In this document: piece by piece, positions 1-10,264 of the stretch
How positions within the stretch are numbered: position 1 is the stretch's first letter
Layout of the letters: each line of letters begins with the position of its first letter
Assembly (NCBI GenBank): GCA_965202835.1
Contig: CBDBCA010000002.1
Coordinates: forward strand, 925,306-989,305
DNA length: 64,000 nt
Reading direction: 5' to 3'
From: Alphaproteobacteria bacterium
GTDB taxonomy: Bacteria; Pseudomonadota; Alphaproteobacteria; MPNO01
The notes under the pieces: model-generated
What the model was told of the DNA's origin: nothing
Database searches by the model: none
The model's input: the letters and a program-made list of their open reading frames with translations, nothing else
Program-made: the position numbers and the translations under genes

Positions 1-187
1 GCCGAACGGAAGGCCCCATTCGATCTGTCTCAATGAGCCGTTCAACCGCCGCGTGCTTCGAGACCCCTTCGACAGGACGCCAATTCCGCACAAGCGCGAT
101 GACCGATGCCGACAGTGAAGCCGGAGTATACACGGCAACATTTCCGCCGCGAGCCCCGCAATCCCGAATTCCGGGGGAGGGTAGCGT

Positions 188-1804
188 CTACATGTTGGGG
201 TAATTGGGCCCGCCGCCGCCTTCGGGAACCGCCCAGTCGATGTTCTGGCGCGGATCCTTGATGTCGCAGGTCTTGCAGTGCACGCAGTTCTGCGCGTTGA
301 TCTGCAGTCTCGGGCTCGAGTCCTCCTCGGTCACGATCTCGTACACCCCCGCCGGGCAATAGCGCTGCTCCGGGGCGTCGTAGAGCGCCAGGTTGACGTC
401 GATGGGTATCGAGTCGTCTTTCAGCCGCAGGTGAACCGGCTGGTCTTCCTCGTGATTGGTGTTCGATATGAAGACCGACGAAAGCCGGTCGAAAGTAATT
501 TCGCCATCCGGCTTGGGATAATCTATCCGCGGTGCGTCGGACGCCTTCCTGAGCGAATCGTGGTCGGCGCGATGCCCGAGCGTCCATGGCGCCCGGCCGC
601 GCAGGAGAAACGTGTCGATCGCGGCATAGACAAGACCCGCCCAGAGCCCCCAACGGAAAGCGGGGCGGAGATTGCGCACCGACTTCAACTCCTGCCATAC
701 CCAGCTCGCCCGCAAGGCCCGCGGATAGGCGTCGAGCTGTTCGCCGGGATCGCCGCCGCCCAGCGCCTCCAGGATCGCCTCGGCCGCGACCATGCCGCTC
801 TTCATCGCGGTATGCGTGCCCTTGATCTTGGGCACGTTCAGGAAGCCGGCTTCGCAGCCGACGAAAACGCCGCCGGGAAAGGCCAGTCTCGGGATCGATT
901 GAAAGCCGCCTTCGTTCACGGCCCGGGCGCCATAGGCGACGCGGCGCCCGCCGACGAAGGTGGGACGAATCGCCGGGTGGGTCTTGAAGCGCTGGAACTC
1001 CTCGAACGGCGACATATGCGGGTTGCCGTAGTCGAGCCCGATCACGAACCCCACCGCGACCTGATTGTTCTCGAGGTGGTAGAGGAAAGACCCACCGTAA
1101 GTGTCCGACCGGAGGGGCCAGCCGAAGGAATGAACCACCCGGCCCGGCCGATGATTGGCCGGGTCGATTTCCCACAACTCCTTGATCCCGATGCCGTAGG
1201 TCTGGGGATGGCTGTCCCGCGCGAGGTCGAAGCGCTCCATCAACGTCTTGCCGAGCGAGCCGCGGCAGCCCTCCGCGAACACGGTCTGGCTCGCGTGCAA
1301 CTCCACACCGGGCTCGTGATTGGGACCGGGCTCGCCGTCACGGCCGAGCCCCATATCGCCCGTGGCGACGCCCCTGACCCGCCCGGAGTCGTCGTACAGC
1401 ACCTCGGCGGCGGCGAAGCCGGGATAGATTTCGACGCCCAGCGCCTCTGCCTCCCCGGCGAGCCAGCGGCAAAGATTCCCGAGGCTGATGATGTAGTTGC
1501 CGCGGTTGCGCGCCTGCGGAGGCGTCGGCAGGCGCAGGGCGGAGCCCCTGGTCAGGAGCAGGAACCGCTCTTCCTCGACGGGTGTGTTGAGCGGTGCGCC
1601 TCTCTCGATCGCATCGGGAAAGAGCTCGAACAGCGCGCGCGGCTCCAGCACGGCGCCGGAGAGAATATGCGCGCCCACCTCGGAGCCTTTCTCGACCACG
1701 CAGACGCTGATATCGCGGTTTTCCGCCGCCGCCAGTTGCTTCAGGCGAATCGCCGTCGAGAGCCCGGAAGGACCCGCGCCCACCACGACGACGTCGAATG
1801 CCAT
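188..1804 (-). CDS. Electron-transfer flavoprotein-ubiquinone oxidoreductase (ETF-QO), 538 aa
   Basis: N-terminal FAD motif [13 protein letters not shown]-terminal 4Fe-4S ferredoxin-like motif CVHCKTC. Start trimmed from the track ORF 188..2173 to ATG at 1804 ([11 protein letters not shown]); the upstream 123 codons are low-complexity. Confidence 0.85.
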   Translation of the reverse strand: MAFDVVVVGAGPSGLSTAIRLKQLAAAENRDISVCVVEKGSEVGAHILSGAVLEPRALFELFPDAIERGAPLNTPVEEERFLLLTRGSALRLPTPPQARNRGNYIISLGNLCRWLAGEAEALGVEIYPGFAAAEVLYDDSGRVRGVATGDMGLGRDGEPGPNHEPGVELHASQTVFAEGCRGSLGKTLMERFDLARDSHPQTYGIGIKELWEIDPANHRPGRVVHSFGWPLRSDTYGGSFLYHLENNQVAVGFVIGLDYGNPHMSPFEEFQRFKTHPAIRPTFVGGRRVAYGARAVNEGGFQSIPRLAFPGGVFVGCEAGFLNVPKIKGTHTAMKSGMVAAEAILEALGGGDPGEQLDAYPRALRASWVWQELKSVRNLRPAFRWGLWAGLVYAAIDTFLLRGRAPWTLGHRADHDSLRKASDAPRIDYPKPDGEITFDRLSSVFISNTNHEEDQPVHLRLKDDSIPIDVNLALYDAPEQRYCPAGVYEIVTEEDSSPRLQINAQNCVHCKTCDIKDPRQNIDWAVPEGGGGPNYPNM

Positions 1805-1904
1805 AGATTCCCGTTCCACGGCCTGCCCCGCCTCACCCGGAATGCGGCGTGTATAGCACAGCGAACCGCCTGTTTCCCGACGGCCGTCCGTGTTAAAATA
1901 ACTT

Positions 1905-2696
1905 ATGGCGGTTGGCGGAGCGATCACATCGGTGCTCGCGTGGCAGATCGAGGCCGGCGCGGACGAGGCGATCGTCGATACGCCGCTCGACCGGTTCGCG
2001 GCGAAGTCCGAACCTCCGGGAGGAGGCGCCGAACCCGCTTCCGAACCTCCGCGCCGGTCGGGACGGACGTCTCCGGCTCCGGCCGCCGGGAGTTCGCGGG
2101 ATATCGCGTCGGCGGCAACCGACCTCGCATCCCTCAAAGCCGCGTTCGCGGCGTTCGACGGCTGCCCTCTCAAGGAAACCGCGACAAATTTCGTGTTCGC
2201 CGACGGCTCGGCGGAGGCACGGCTGATGTTTATCGGCGAGGCGCCGGGGGCCGAAGAGGACCGGCAGGGATTGCCCTTCGTGGGTCCCGCCGGACGGCTC
2301 CTGGACCGTATGCTGGACGCGATCGGTCTCGAGCGCTCGGAAGCCTATATCACCAACATCCTGCCCTGGCGCCCGCCCGGAAACCGCAATCCCACCGATT
2401 CCGAGATCGCCCTCTGCCTGCCCTTCATCGAAAGACATATCGAGCTCGTGAAACCCGCGGTGCTGGTTGCGGTCGGCGGGACGGCGGCCAAGGCTCTTCT
2501 CGACACGCGCGAAGGAATCATGCGGCTACGAGGACGCTGGTTCAACTATACCGCCCCGGGTTCGGGGACTCGCATTCCGCTTCGCGCGGTTCTCCACCCG
2601 GCCTATCTGCTGCGCCAGCCGGCCCAGAAAAGGGACGCGTGGGTCGACCTGATCGCCATCAAGAAACAACTCGCCGAGCCCGAGACACCGGAATGA
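1905..2696 (+). CDS. Uracil-DNA glycosylase, family 4 (phage-polymerase-related UDG) with N-terminal Pro/Ala-rich extension
   Basis: Motifs [24 protein letters not shown] and HPAYLLR are typical of family-4 UDG. Stop overlaps the next start (ATGA at 2693-2696). Confidence 0.75.
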   Translation: MAVGGAITSVLAWQIEAGADEAIVDTPLDRFAAKSEPPGGGAEPASEPPRRSGRTSPAPAAGSSRDIASAATDLASLKAAFAAFDGCPLKETATNFVFADGSAEARLMFIGEAPGAEEDRQGLPFVGPAGRLLDRMLDAIGLERSEAYITNILPWRPPGNRNPTDSEIALCLPFIERHIELVKPAVLVAVGGTAAKALLDTREGIMRLRGRWFNYTAPGSGTRIPLRAVLHPAYLLRQPAQKRDAWVDLIAIKKQLAEPETPE

Positions 2697-4510
2697 CGGA
2701 GTACCAGTGTCGACCGAGCCGCGTCTTGCGGATTGCTCTCGCGGGCTGCCTTGCGGCGAGCGCCTGCTTTCTCGCGGCTCCGGTGCAGGCGGAAGAGGGC
2801 GGCGAGCACGTGGAACGCGGCGCTCTCCCGCGGGTTATCGACGACCGGGACGCAGCCCAGTACCGGCGAATCTTCGAGTTGCAGAACAAGGGGAGCTGGC
2901 GGGCCGCGGACCGGGAAATCAAGAAGCTCGGTAGCCGGCTTCTGATGGGTCATGTGCTTGCGCAGCGATACCTGCACCCGACCAAGTACCGTTCGCGCTA
3001 CAATGAGCTGGAGCGTTGGCTCCGCTACTACGCCGACCACCCGGAGGCGAGGCGAATTTACCGTCTCGCCATGCGCCGCAAGGGGAAATCCAGCCGGCGG
3101 CCGCAGCAACCCACCGTTCCGAAGCCGAGGATAAACGGGGTGAGCCGGTTCTCGCCCACCTATGGGTACAACTCTCCCCGCCGTCGCAGCGCCGCGACAA
3201 GGGCCTGGGTGAGCAAACGAATCCGTTCCATCCGATACCATGCGCGCGCGGGCCGGTTGAAGCGGGCGCGTCAGATGCTGAACTGGCGTTCGACAAAGCG
3301 AAATCTCGACCCGACCGAGACCGCGATCGCGCGGTCGTATCTCGCCACCGGATACTTCTTCTACGGCGCGCCGGAAACCGCGCACAGGCTTTCGGCAGGC
3401 TCTGTAAGGCGCGCGGGCCGCTACATGCCGATGGCATACTGGATCGCCGGGCTTTCGGCGTATCGCGTGGGCGCCCATGTCGAGGCCGCAACTCACCTGG
3501 AGGCCCTGGCGGAGGATCCTTCCCTGTCATCGTGGTGGGCCTCCGGCGCGGCGTTCTGGGCGGGGCGGGCCAATCTCGTCGCGCAACGGCCGGACCGGGT
3601 CCGCTACTGGATGAACAGGGCGGCGCAGCACCGGCTTACGTTTTACGGCCAGCTTGCAGCCCGTGTCCTCGGGCTGGAGCGCGACTTCGACTGGAATATG
3701 CCGAAGCTGAGTTCCGGTCATGTAAAGACCCTCATGCGCCACCCCGCGGCCCGGCGGGCGATCGCCTTGATGCAGGTCAACGCGCATGACCGCGCGGAAA
3801 GCGAGCTGAAGGCGCTTACGTCGATCGAGGACAGCGACCTGGGCGAGGCGCTGATGGCGCTCGCGGACACGGCCAGGCTGGCCTCGCTTTCGGTCCGAAC
3901 GGCTTCGATGGTCGACGACGGGAACGGCGCGCCGCCGCAAGGCGCGCGTTATCCGCTGCCGCGCTGGCAGCCCCGCGGAGGCTTCACGGTCGACCGCGCG
4001 CTCATCTATGCGTTCATGCGCCAGGAATCGCTCTTCAACAGGCGCGCCAAAAGTCATGCGGGAGCGCGTGGCCTGATGCAGCTGATGCCGGGAACCGCGG
4101 GCTTCATGATGGGCACGCGGTTTCGAGGGGCCAGGCGCAACCAGCTCTACGATCCGGCGCTCAACATATCGATCGCCCAGCGCTATATCCGCTACCTGAT
4201 GGACCATGACACGGTAAAAGGCAGCGTCCTCATGCTGGCAGCGGCCTATAACGGGGGCCCCGGGAATCTCAACAAGTGGCGGCGCCGGGCGGCGCGGCGA
4301 AAGGCGACCGATCCGCTGATCTTCATCGAGACGATCCCGGCGCGGGAAACCCGGAATTACGTCGAACGGGTGCTTGCGAATCTCTGGATCTATCGCAGTC
4401 GTCTGGGACAGGCCGCGCCCACACTGGACCGCCTTGCCGCCGGTCAGGTGCCGTTATACGAATCTCTCGACGGCGACCCGAACGTGGTGGCGCGGAATGA
4501 GCGGAATTGA
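2693..4510 (+). CDS. Lytic transglycosylase domain protein (Slt-like soluble lytic murein transglycosylase), signal peptide
   Basis: C-terminal SLT domain ([25 protein letters not shown] ... AYNGGPGN). N-terminal signal peptide [24 protein letters not shown]. This is the real 3' part of the artefactual 1410-aa track ORF 278..4510. Confidence 0.8.
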   Translation: MTEYQCRPSRVLRIALAGCLAASACFLAAPVQAEEGGEHVERGALPRVIDDRDAAQYRRIFELQNKGSWRAADREIKKLGSRLLMGHVLAQRYLHPTKYRSRYNELERWLRYYADHPEARRIYRLAMRRKGKSSRRPQQPTVPKPRINGVSRFSPTYGYNSPRRRSAATRAWVSKRIRSIRYHARAGRLKRARQMLNWRSTKRNLDPTETAIARSYLATGYFFYGAPETAHRLSAGSVRRAGRYMPMAYWIAGLSAYRVGAHVEAATHLEALAEDPSLSSWWASGAAFWAGRANLVAQRPDRVRYWMNRAAQHRLTFYGQLAARVLGLERDFDWNMPKLSSGHVKTLMRHPAARRAIALMQVNAHDRAESELKALTSIEDSDLGEALMALADTARLASLSVRTASMVDDGNGAPPQGARYPLPRWQPRGGFTVDRALIYAFMRQESLFNRRAKSHAGARGLMQLMPGTAGFMMGTRFRGARRNQLYDPALNISIAQRYIRYLMDHDTVKGSVLMLAAAYNGGPGNLNKWRRRAARRKATDPLIFIETIPARETRNYVERVLANLWIYRSRLGQAAPTLDRLAAGQVPLYESLDGDPNVVARNERN

Positions 4511-5045
4511 CGAGACGATCCCCTTCGAGGCGATCAACATCGCGGTAATGACCGTGTCGGACACGCGGACCGAGGACACCGACCGGTCCGGCGCGACGCT
4601 CGTCGAACGTCTAGAAAAGGCGGGTCACCGACTGGCCGACAAACGGATCGTCCCCGACGAACGGGAGGCGATCGAGGCACGGCTCAGGCAGTGGATCGAC
4701 GACCGGGAGGTGGATGCGGTGATCGCCACCGGCGGAACCGGGGTCACCGGCAGGGACGTGACGCCGGAAGCATTCGAGGCCGTGTTCGAGAAGGAAATCC
4801 CCGGTTTCGGCGAGCTGTTCCGGATGATCAGCTTCAACAAGATCGGCAGCTCGACCATCCAGTCTCGCGCGATGGCGGGGGTGGCGGGAGGCACCTACCT
4901 GTTCGCCGTGCCGGGCTCGACCGGCGCATGCCGCGACGCATGGGACGAGATCCTGGTCTACCAGCTCGACATCCGGCACAAGCCTTGCAACTTCGTGGAG
5001 CTGATGCCGCGGCTCAACGAGCACCGCGCCGAGCGTTCCGCGTGA
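4497..5045 (+). CDS. moaB: Molybdenum cofactor biosynthesis protein B (MoaB/MogA family)
   Basis: Motifs VMTVSDTR and IATGGTGVTGRDVTPEA are characteristic of MoaB. ATG at 4497 overlaps the slt stop. Confidence 0.8.
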   Translation: MSGIDETIPFEAINIAVMTVSDTRTEDTDRSGATLVERLEKAGHRLADKRIVPDEREAIEARLRQWIDDREVDAVIATGGTGVTGRDVTPEAFEAVFEKEIPGFGELFRMISFNKIGSSTIQSRAMAGVAGGTYLFAVPGSTGACRDAWDEILVYQLDIRHKPCNFVELMPRLNEHRAERSA

Positions 5046-5634
5046 ACCGCCAGCGGAGGTAGGCCTCGGCGTCGTCGACGTCCTCGAGCATTTGAAGCAA
5101 GGCGACGCTTCGTCCGGGCGGGACGTTCGCGCGGGTATCGGCGAGGGCGTGCGGGCTCGACCATCGCACACCGTCGAACAGCGCATGCGTCGCTACGCCC
5201 GGACGCCGCCCCACCAGCCAGTAACCTCCGTCGATGGCTGGCCCGAATACCAGATCGACACGGCGCAGCGCGGCGAAGGCGCTTCCGATATGCGGCGCGG
5301 CGAGCTCGGGAATATCGCTCCCCACGATGGCGACGGGCGCCGTAGGGTCGCGTGCCAGTATCCGCCCCATCCTCGCACCGAGGTCGCCGTCCCCCTGCCC
5401 CACCCGCGCGAGTTCCCTGGACCACGGAGAAACGCCGCGCGCCGCCCCGTCGGGCGTGACCGCGAGTATCGTCGACCAGCGCGGGTCGTGTCCGATCCGG
5501 CGCAACAATGCCTCCGTCGCGGTGCGGTAGAAGCGGAGCGCCTCGATTTCCCCCACCCCGGCCGCGAGACGGCGCTTGACCGCGCCGAGCGCCGGGGCGC
5601 GGACGAACACGTAGAGTCTGGGGCGCTGCCTCAT
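5014..5634 (-). CDS. DUF2064 / TIGR04282-like 'rSAM-associated transferase 1' (CofC-like nucleotidyltransferase fold)
   Basis: Motifs VFVRAPALGAVKRRL, IVGSDIPEL and GPAIDGGYWLVG. Start trimmed to ATG at 5634 (MRQRPRLYVF). Its ATG overlaps the upstream gene's stop as ATGA. Confidence 0.6.
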   Translation of the reverse strand: MRQRPRLYVFVRAPALGAVKRRLAAGVGEIEALRFYRTATEALLRRIGHDPRWSTILAVTPDGAARGVSPWSRELARVGQGDGDLGARMGRILARDPTAPVAIVGSDIPELAAPHIGSAFAALRRVDLVFGPAIDGGYWLVGRRPGVATHALFDGVRWSSPHALADTRANVPPGRSVALLQMLEDVDDAEAYLRWRFTRNARRGAR

Positions 5635-6353
5635 CGATAGAGTCGCGCGATCGTGCCGGGCGGAACGCCGAGGAAGTAAAGCCCGAGGCACAGCAGGTTG
5701 CGCCCGGACCGGCGCAGATAACCCGCCCGGCGGTACCGAACGGCGGACGTCACGGCCGCGACATCGAGCGCGTCGAGGCGGCGGCGACCGATGCGGCGGA
5801 CGATGTCGACATCCTCCATTAGCGGGAGCGGCCGGAACCCGCCGATGGAATCGTAAAATCCGCGCGAAACGAGTAGCCCCTGATCGCCATATGGAAGGCC
5901 CAGCGCGGTCGTGCGCCACGCGACGACGCGTTCCAGCCTGCGCGCCGCCCTAGCGCTGTCGTCGAGCGCAAACCGGAACGTGGCCGCGCGCTCCCGGTTC
6001 GCCGGGTCGTCGCAATGGCGGAAGACCGCATCCGCCCAGCCGCTCTCGGGAACCGTATCGGCATGGAGAAACAGCAGCCAGCGCCCGCGGGCGTGCCTGG
6101 CGCCCTCCGCCAGTTGGATCCCGCGGCCGGGCAACGATTCGACAACCCGCGCGCCGTGCTCTTCGGCGGTCGCAGCCGTGCCGTCCGACGAGCCGCCATC
6201 GACCACCAGAATCTCGCAACTCCGTTCCGGTCCCGGCGCGGCGAGCGCCCGCAGCGTATTCGGAAGCGTCGCGGCGGTATTGAGCGCGGGAATGACGATG
6301 CTGAGGTCCGTTCGCACGCCGGGTTTCTGAAGCCTCTCCGAAGCAATGTCCAT
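5631..6353 (-). CDS. Family-2 glycosyltransferase, TIGR04283-like 'rSAM-associated transferase 2'
   Basis: GT2 motifs SIVIPALN and EILVVDGGSSDGT; DxD-like LHADT. The track ORF begins with TTG at 6362; the first ATG is at 6353. Confidence 0.65.
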   Translation of the reverse strand: MDIASERLQKPGVRTDLSIVIPALNTAATLPNTLRALAAPGPERSCEILVVDGGSSDGTAATAEEHGARVVESLPGRGIQLAEGARHARGRWLLFLHADTVPESGWADAVFRHCDDPANRERAATFRFALDDSARAARRLERVVAWRTTALGLPYGDQGLLVSRGFYDSIGGFRPLPLMEDVDIVRRIGRRRLDALDVAAVTSAVRYRRAGYLRRSGRNLLCLGLYFLGVPPGTIARLYR

Positions 6354-6403
6354 AGAAGACAAATGTTCTTGTTATGTTCTCGACACCGCGTTAGAGTCTC
6401 GGA

Positions 6404-7477
6404 ATGGACGCTCCCTTGCCGGACGTTGCACGAAAGGGCCGCGGCGCGGTCAGCAACCGGGCCGGACGCTTCGAGCCTCATACGTCCGAGGCCATCGACG
6501 ACGGCTGGTCCGCGGACGACCTGCCGCCTCTCAGAACGACGGTCACTCCCGACGCGTCGAAGACGATCGTCGCGCGCAACACCTCGCCGGATGTCCCCTT
6601 CGACCGCTCGATCAACCCCTATCGCGGCTGCGAGCATGGCTGCATCTATTGCTTCGCGCGCCCGACACACGCCTTTCTCGGCCTTTCGCCCGGCCTCGAT
6701 TTCGAATCCCGGCTGTTCTACAAGCCGGATGCCGCCAGCCTGCTCGAAGAAACGCTCCACGATCCGAAATACGAGTGCCGGACGATGGCGATGGGGACCA
6801 ACACCGACCCCTACCAGCCGATCGAACGCGAATACCGCATCACCCGGTCGATCCTCGAAGTGCTGTCGGAATGCGACCATCCGGTGGGGATCGTCACGAA
6901 GTCGTCATTGGTGGTGCGCGACATCGACATTCTGACGCCGATGGCGGCGCGTTCGCTGGCTCAGGTCTGCGTATCGGTGACGACTCTTGACCGGGGGCTC
7001 GCCCGTCTGCTGGAACCGCGCGCGCCGACGCCGGGCCGCCGGATCGAGACCATCCGGCGGCTCGCCGATGCCGGCATTCCCACGGGCGTGATGGCGGCGC
7101 CGATGATCCCCGGGCTGACGGATCACGAGATGGAGGAGATTCTCGAAACCGCTTTCGAGGCGGGCGCGCGGTCCGCCAGCTACATCCTCCTGCGCCTGCC
7201 GCTGGAAATCGCCGACCTGTTCGCGGAATGGCTGAAGACCCATCGCCCGGACCGCGCGTCCCGGGTGCTCGGCCTGATGCGCCAGGCTCATGGCGGCAAG
7301 ATCTACGAATCGACCTTCGGCAAGCGCATGCGCGGCCGGGGGCCTTATGCGGGGATGATGACCAAACGGTTCGAAGCCGCGTGCAAGCGCCACGGTTTCT
7401 CGGAACGCCGGTTCGAGCTCGACACGACGAAATTCAAGCGCCCGCTGAGGCGGGGGGATCAACTCGCGCTGTTCTGA
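6404..7477 (+). CDS. Radical SAM protein (PA0069 / SplB-like family)
   Basis: CxxxCxxC motif in RGCEHGCIYCFAR. Divergent from the transferase pair, separated by a 50-nt promoter region. Confidence 0.75.
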   Translation: MDAPLPDVARKGRGAVSNRAGRFEPHTSEAIDDGWSADDLPPLRTTVTPDASKTIVARNTSPDVPFDRSINPYRGCEHGCIYCFARPTHAFLGLSPGLDFESRLFYKPDAASLLEETLHDPKYECRTMAMGTNTDPYQPIEREYRITRSILEVLSECDHPVGIVTKSSLVVRDIDILTPMAARSLAQVCVSVTTLDRGLARLLEPRAPTPGRRIETIRRLADAGIPTGVMAAPMIPGLTDHEMEEILETAFEAGARSASYILLRLPLEIADLFAEWLKTHRPDRASRVLGLMRQAHGGKIYESTFGKRMRGRGPYAGMMTKRFEAACKRHGFSERRFELDTTKFKRPLRRGDQLALF

Positions 7478-7484
7478 TCGTCGC

Positions 7485-8696
7485 TCACGCCGCCCCCTCC
7501 GACAGCCTCGCCAGCGGCCGGTCGGGGATGGGCAGGTGGATCAGCGCCGCGACGAACCCGGCTACGATGGCGAAAGTCCATACCGGGTCGTAGGAGCCGG
7601 TCATGTCGAAGGAGAGACCGCCGAGCCAGACCCCGAGGAAGCTTCCCAGCTGGTGGCTCAGAAATGCGATCGCGGCGAGCGTCGCCATGTATCGCGGCCC
7701 GAATATATGCGCGATCATCCCGGTGGTGAGCGGCACGGTGCTGAGCCAGAGCAAGCCCATCACCCCCGCGAAAACGAGGACGCTGGTCTCCGTGAGCGGC
7801 AGGGAGAGGAAGACCAGCATGGCCACGCTCCGCGTCGTGTAGATCCCGCTCAACAGGTATTTCATCCGGTAGCGGTCGCCGAGCCGCCCGGCGGCGATGG
7901 TTCCGAACAGGTTGAACAGCCCGATGGTCGCGATCGCCGCCGCGCCGAGCGCCGGCGCGAGCCCGCCGTCGGTGATATAGGCGGGGAGATGCGCCGCGAT
8001 GAACTGCACCTGCAGCCCGCAGACGAAATAGGCGCTCACCAGCATCACGTAGCCGCGATGACCGGCGGCCTCGCGCAATGCCTCGCCGAGGCTCTGCCGC
8101 GTTCGCTGGACCAGCCGGGCCGACGTTCCGGCGCGCAGCGAAAGCGCGAGCGGGACGGCGATCGACACCGCGAGCGCCATGGCGATCAGCGCGCCCCGCC
8201 AGTCGAAGATTTCGATCATTGCGTGGCTGTAGGGCACGAAGACGGTCTGCCCCAACGTGCCGCCCGCGGTGGTGATGCCGAGCCAGGTCACCCGGCGCTC
8301 CTGCGGAGCGATGCGCCCGACCAGCGCGTTCAACAGCCCCAGACCGCACCCGCCCATCCCGATCCCGACCATGAAGCCGATGCCGACCAGGAAATCGGTC
8401 TGGGTCGTCGCCTGGGAGGAGAACAGGAGCCCCGCCACCGCGACGATCATGCCGGTCGCGATCACGCGGATGGGACCCCAGCGGTCGGCGATCATCGCCG
8501 CCAAGGGCGTGGCGAGACCGACAAGGAGGTTCTGGGTGGCGATCGCGATCGAGATCCGCTCGCGGCCCCAGCCGAGATCGACGCTGATCGGATCGACGAA
8601 CAGGCCGAATGACTGCCGCACCCCCGCGGTCACCAGCAGGACGCATGTGGCGCCCAGAAGAACGTAAACGGGCGTTCGCCAGAATGGGGCGATCAT
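7485..8696 (-). CDS. MFS transporter
   Basis: About 12 predicted TM segments with Gly-rich helices. Last gene of the UbiD-like operon. Confidence 0.75.
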   Translation of the reverse strand: MIAPFWRTPVYVLLGATCVLLVTAGVRQSFGLFVDPISVDLGWGRERISIAIATQNLLVGLATPLAAMIADRWGPIRVIATGMIVAVAGLLFSSQATTQTDFLVGIGFMVGIGMGGCGLGLLNALVGRIAPQERRVTWLGITTAGGTLGQTVFVPYSHAMIEIFDWRGALIAMALAVSIAVPLALSLRAGTSARLVQRTRQSLGEALREAAGHRGYVMLVSAYFVCGLQVQFIAAHLPAYITDGGLAPALGAAAIATIGLFNLFGTIAAGRLGDRYRMKYLLSGIYTTRSVAMLVFLSLPLTETSVLVFAGVMGLLWLSTVPLTTGMIAHIFGPRYMATLAAIAFLSHQLGSFLGVWLGGLSFDMTGSYDPVWTFAIVAGFVAALIHLPIPDRPLARLSEGAA

Positions 8697-8731
8697 GCGT
8701 CCGCCACTGTCACCGGTGGACGATTCCGCGC

Positions 8732-10177
8732 CTACCCGAAGACATCCGGGAACCGTGCCCGCACCTCGGCCGCCAGTTCGGGCGAGGTCTGGGCGACGCG
8801 CGGAAAGGTCTCCAGGCGTTCATAGGGGATGCAGGCATCGATGACGACGCGCGAGTTGTAGAGCTTCTCGTCGGTCACCATCGTATCCAGCCGGGAGGAC
8901 CAGTTGCGGTCGAGGATCGTGAAATGGGTCTTGGGATCGCTGCGCGTGCCCATCGCCCAGATCACGTCGTGCATGTCGGTCGGATCGATATCGTCGTCGA
9001 CCACCACGACATAGCGCCCGACATAGCCGGTGGGATTGACCTGCGAGGCCACCAGACCGGCCTGGTTGGCGTGGCCGAAATAGCGCTGCTTGATCGCCAC
9101 CACGACGAAGGTTCGCCCGGCTCCCGCCTGGTGCACCCAGACCCCCTTCACATCCGGTATGCCGGCGCCTTCGAGCGAATCGAGCAGCCCGGCGGAGCGA
9201 ATGAAGCAGCGTTCGAACAGATGGGAATGGGGCGGCTTCTGGCTCGCCGCGCAGGTCAGGATCGGGTCGTTGCGGTAATAGACCCGCTTGATCCTGATGA
9301 CCGGCTCCTCCCTGGCGCCGCCGGCGTAATAGCCGGTCCACTCGCCGAACGGGCCCTCGGGCGCGGTCTCGTCCGGCAGGACCTCGCCTTCGAGCACGAT
9401 TTCCGAATGCGCCGGGAAGGGGAGCCCGGTCAGCTCGCCCTCGATGCAGTCGATCGGCCGGCCGACCAGCCCGCCGGCCCAGTCGAGCTCCGGCACCTGG
9501 TCGGACAGGGTGTAACGCGCCGCGATATAGGTCGCCGGATCGATGCCGACGATGATCGCCATCGGACAGGGTTTGCCCGCCTTGAGATACTTGTCGCGTT
9601 GGATCCGGCCCTGCTTTCCGTTGGAGATATAGGAGGTCGCGATGTCGGGGCCGTTCACCTGCACGCGGTAGGTGCCGATATTGATCCGCCCGCTGTCCGG
9701 ATCGCGGGTGACCACGCCGCAGGCGGTGCCGATATAGCGCCCGCCGTCATGCTCGTGGTGGATCGGCACCGGGAACTTGAGAAGGTCGACATCGCCATTG
9801 CTGTCGACATTTTCCATGACCGGCCCGTCATCGACGATGCGGGGCGGAATCGGCTCCTGTCGCTTGATGCGGCGGCGATAGGTGTCGAGCATGGTCCGAC
9901 GGTCGCCGGACTGCGCCGGGTCGATCCCGAGTCCGAGCGCAAGCCTGAGCGGCGAGCCCAGCATGCCGTACAGACAGCGCTTGCCCGTGCCGTAACCTGG
10001 CACGTCGTCGAACAGGAGGAGCGGCGACTTGTCGACCTTCTCCCGGTAGAGCACTTCGGTCACCGCGCCGAGCTCGCGGTCCCAGTGGGCGCCGGCGACG
10101 TGCTTTACCTCGCCGCCCTCCTCGACCGCGGCGAGAAACGCCCTCAAATCGGTCTGGATCTCGTCATTGCGCTGCAT
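8732..10177 (-). CDS. UbiD-family (prFMN-dependent) decarboxylase paralog 1
   Basis: UbiD-family motifs GGRYIGT, EWTGYY and RNDPIL. The track ORF starts with TTG at 10183. ATG at 10177 has a GAGGA Shine-Dalgarno 7 nt upstream. Confidence 0.8.
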   Translation of the reverse strand: MQRNDEIQTDLRAFLAAVEEGGEVKHVAGAHWDRELGAVTEVLYREKVDKSPLLLFDDVPGYGTGKRCLYGMLGSPLRLALGLGIDPAQSGDRRTMLDTYRRRIKRQEPIPPRIVDDGPVMENVDSNGDVDLLKFPVPIHHEHDGGRYIGTACGVVTRDPDSGRINIGTYRVQVNGPDIATSYISNGKQGRIQRDKYLKAGKPCPMAIIVGIDPATYIAARYTLSDQVPELDWAGGLVGRPIDCIEGELTGLPFPAHSEIVLEGEVLPDETAPEGPFGEWTGYYAGGAREEPVIRIKRVYYRNDPILTCAASQKPPHSHLFERCFIRSAGLLDSLEGAGIPDVKGVWVHQAGAGRTFVVVAIKQRYFGHANQAGLVASQVNPTGYVGRYVVVVDDDIDPTDMHDVIWAMGTRSDPKTHFTILDRNWSSRLDTMVTDEKLYNSRVVIDACIPYERLETFPRVAQTSPELAAEVRARFPDVFG

Positions 10178-10264
10178 CGGCAAGTCCTCAAATGCCGACC
10201 GCCGCGGGCGGTCGCCGCGGCGGTCTCATCGCATCGCGGTCGAAGCCGCGCGGAAGCACTGACT

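Noticed and set aside
1-187. Possible gene at the left edge (track ORF 42..1175, minus strand)
   Set aside because: It overlaps ETF-QO in another frame with a low-complexity translation. No supported coding signal exists in the first 187 nt, which are the 3' flank of the ETF-QO gene.
278-2692. The 5' part of the 1410-aa track ORF 278..4510 (+)
   Set aside because: It lies antisense to the ETF-QO gene and in frame with the real slt gene only because no stop codon intervenes in GC-rich DNA. Its composition is low-complexity Arg/Pro/Gly-rich. The real gene starts at 2693 with a signal peptide.
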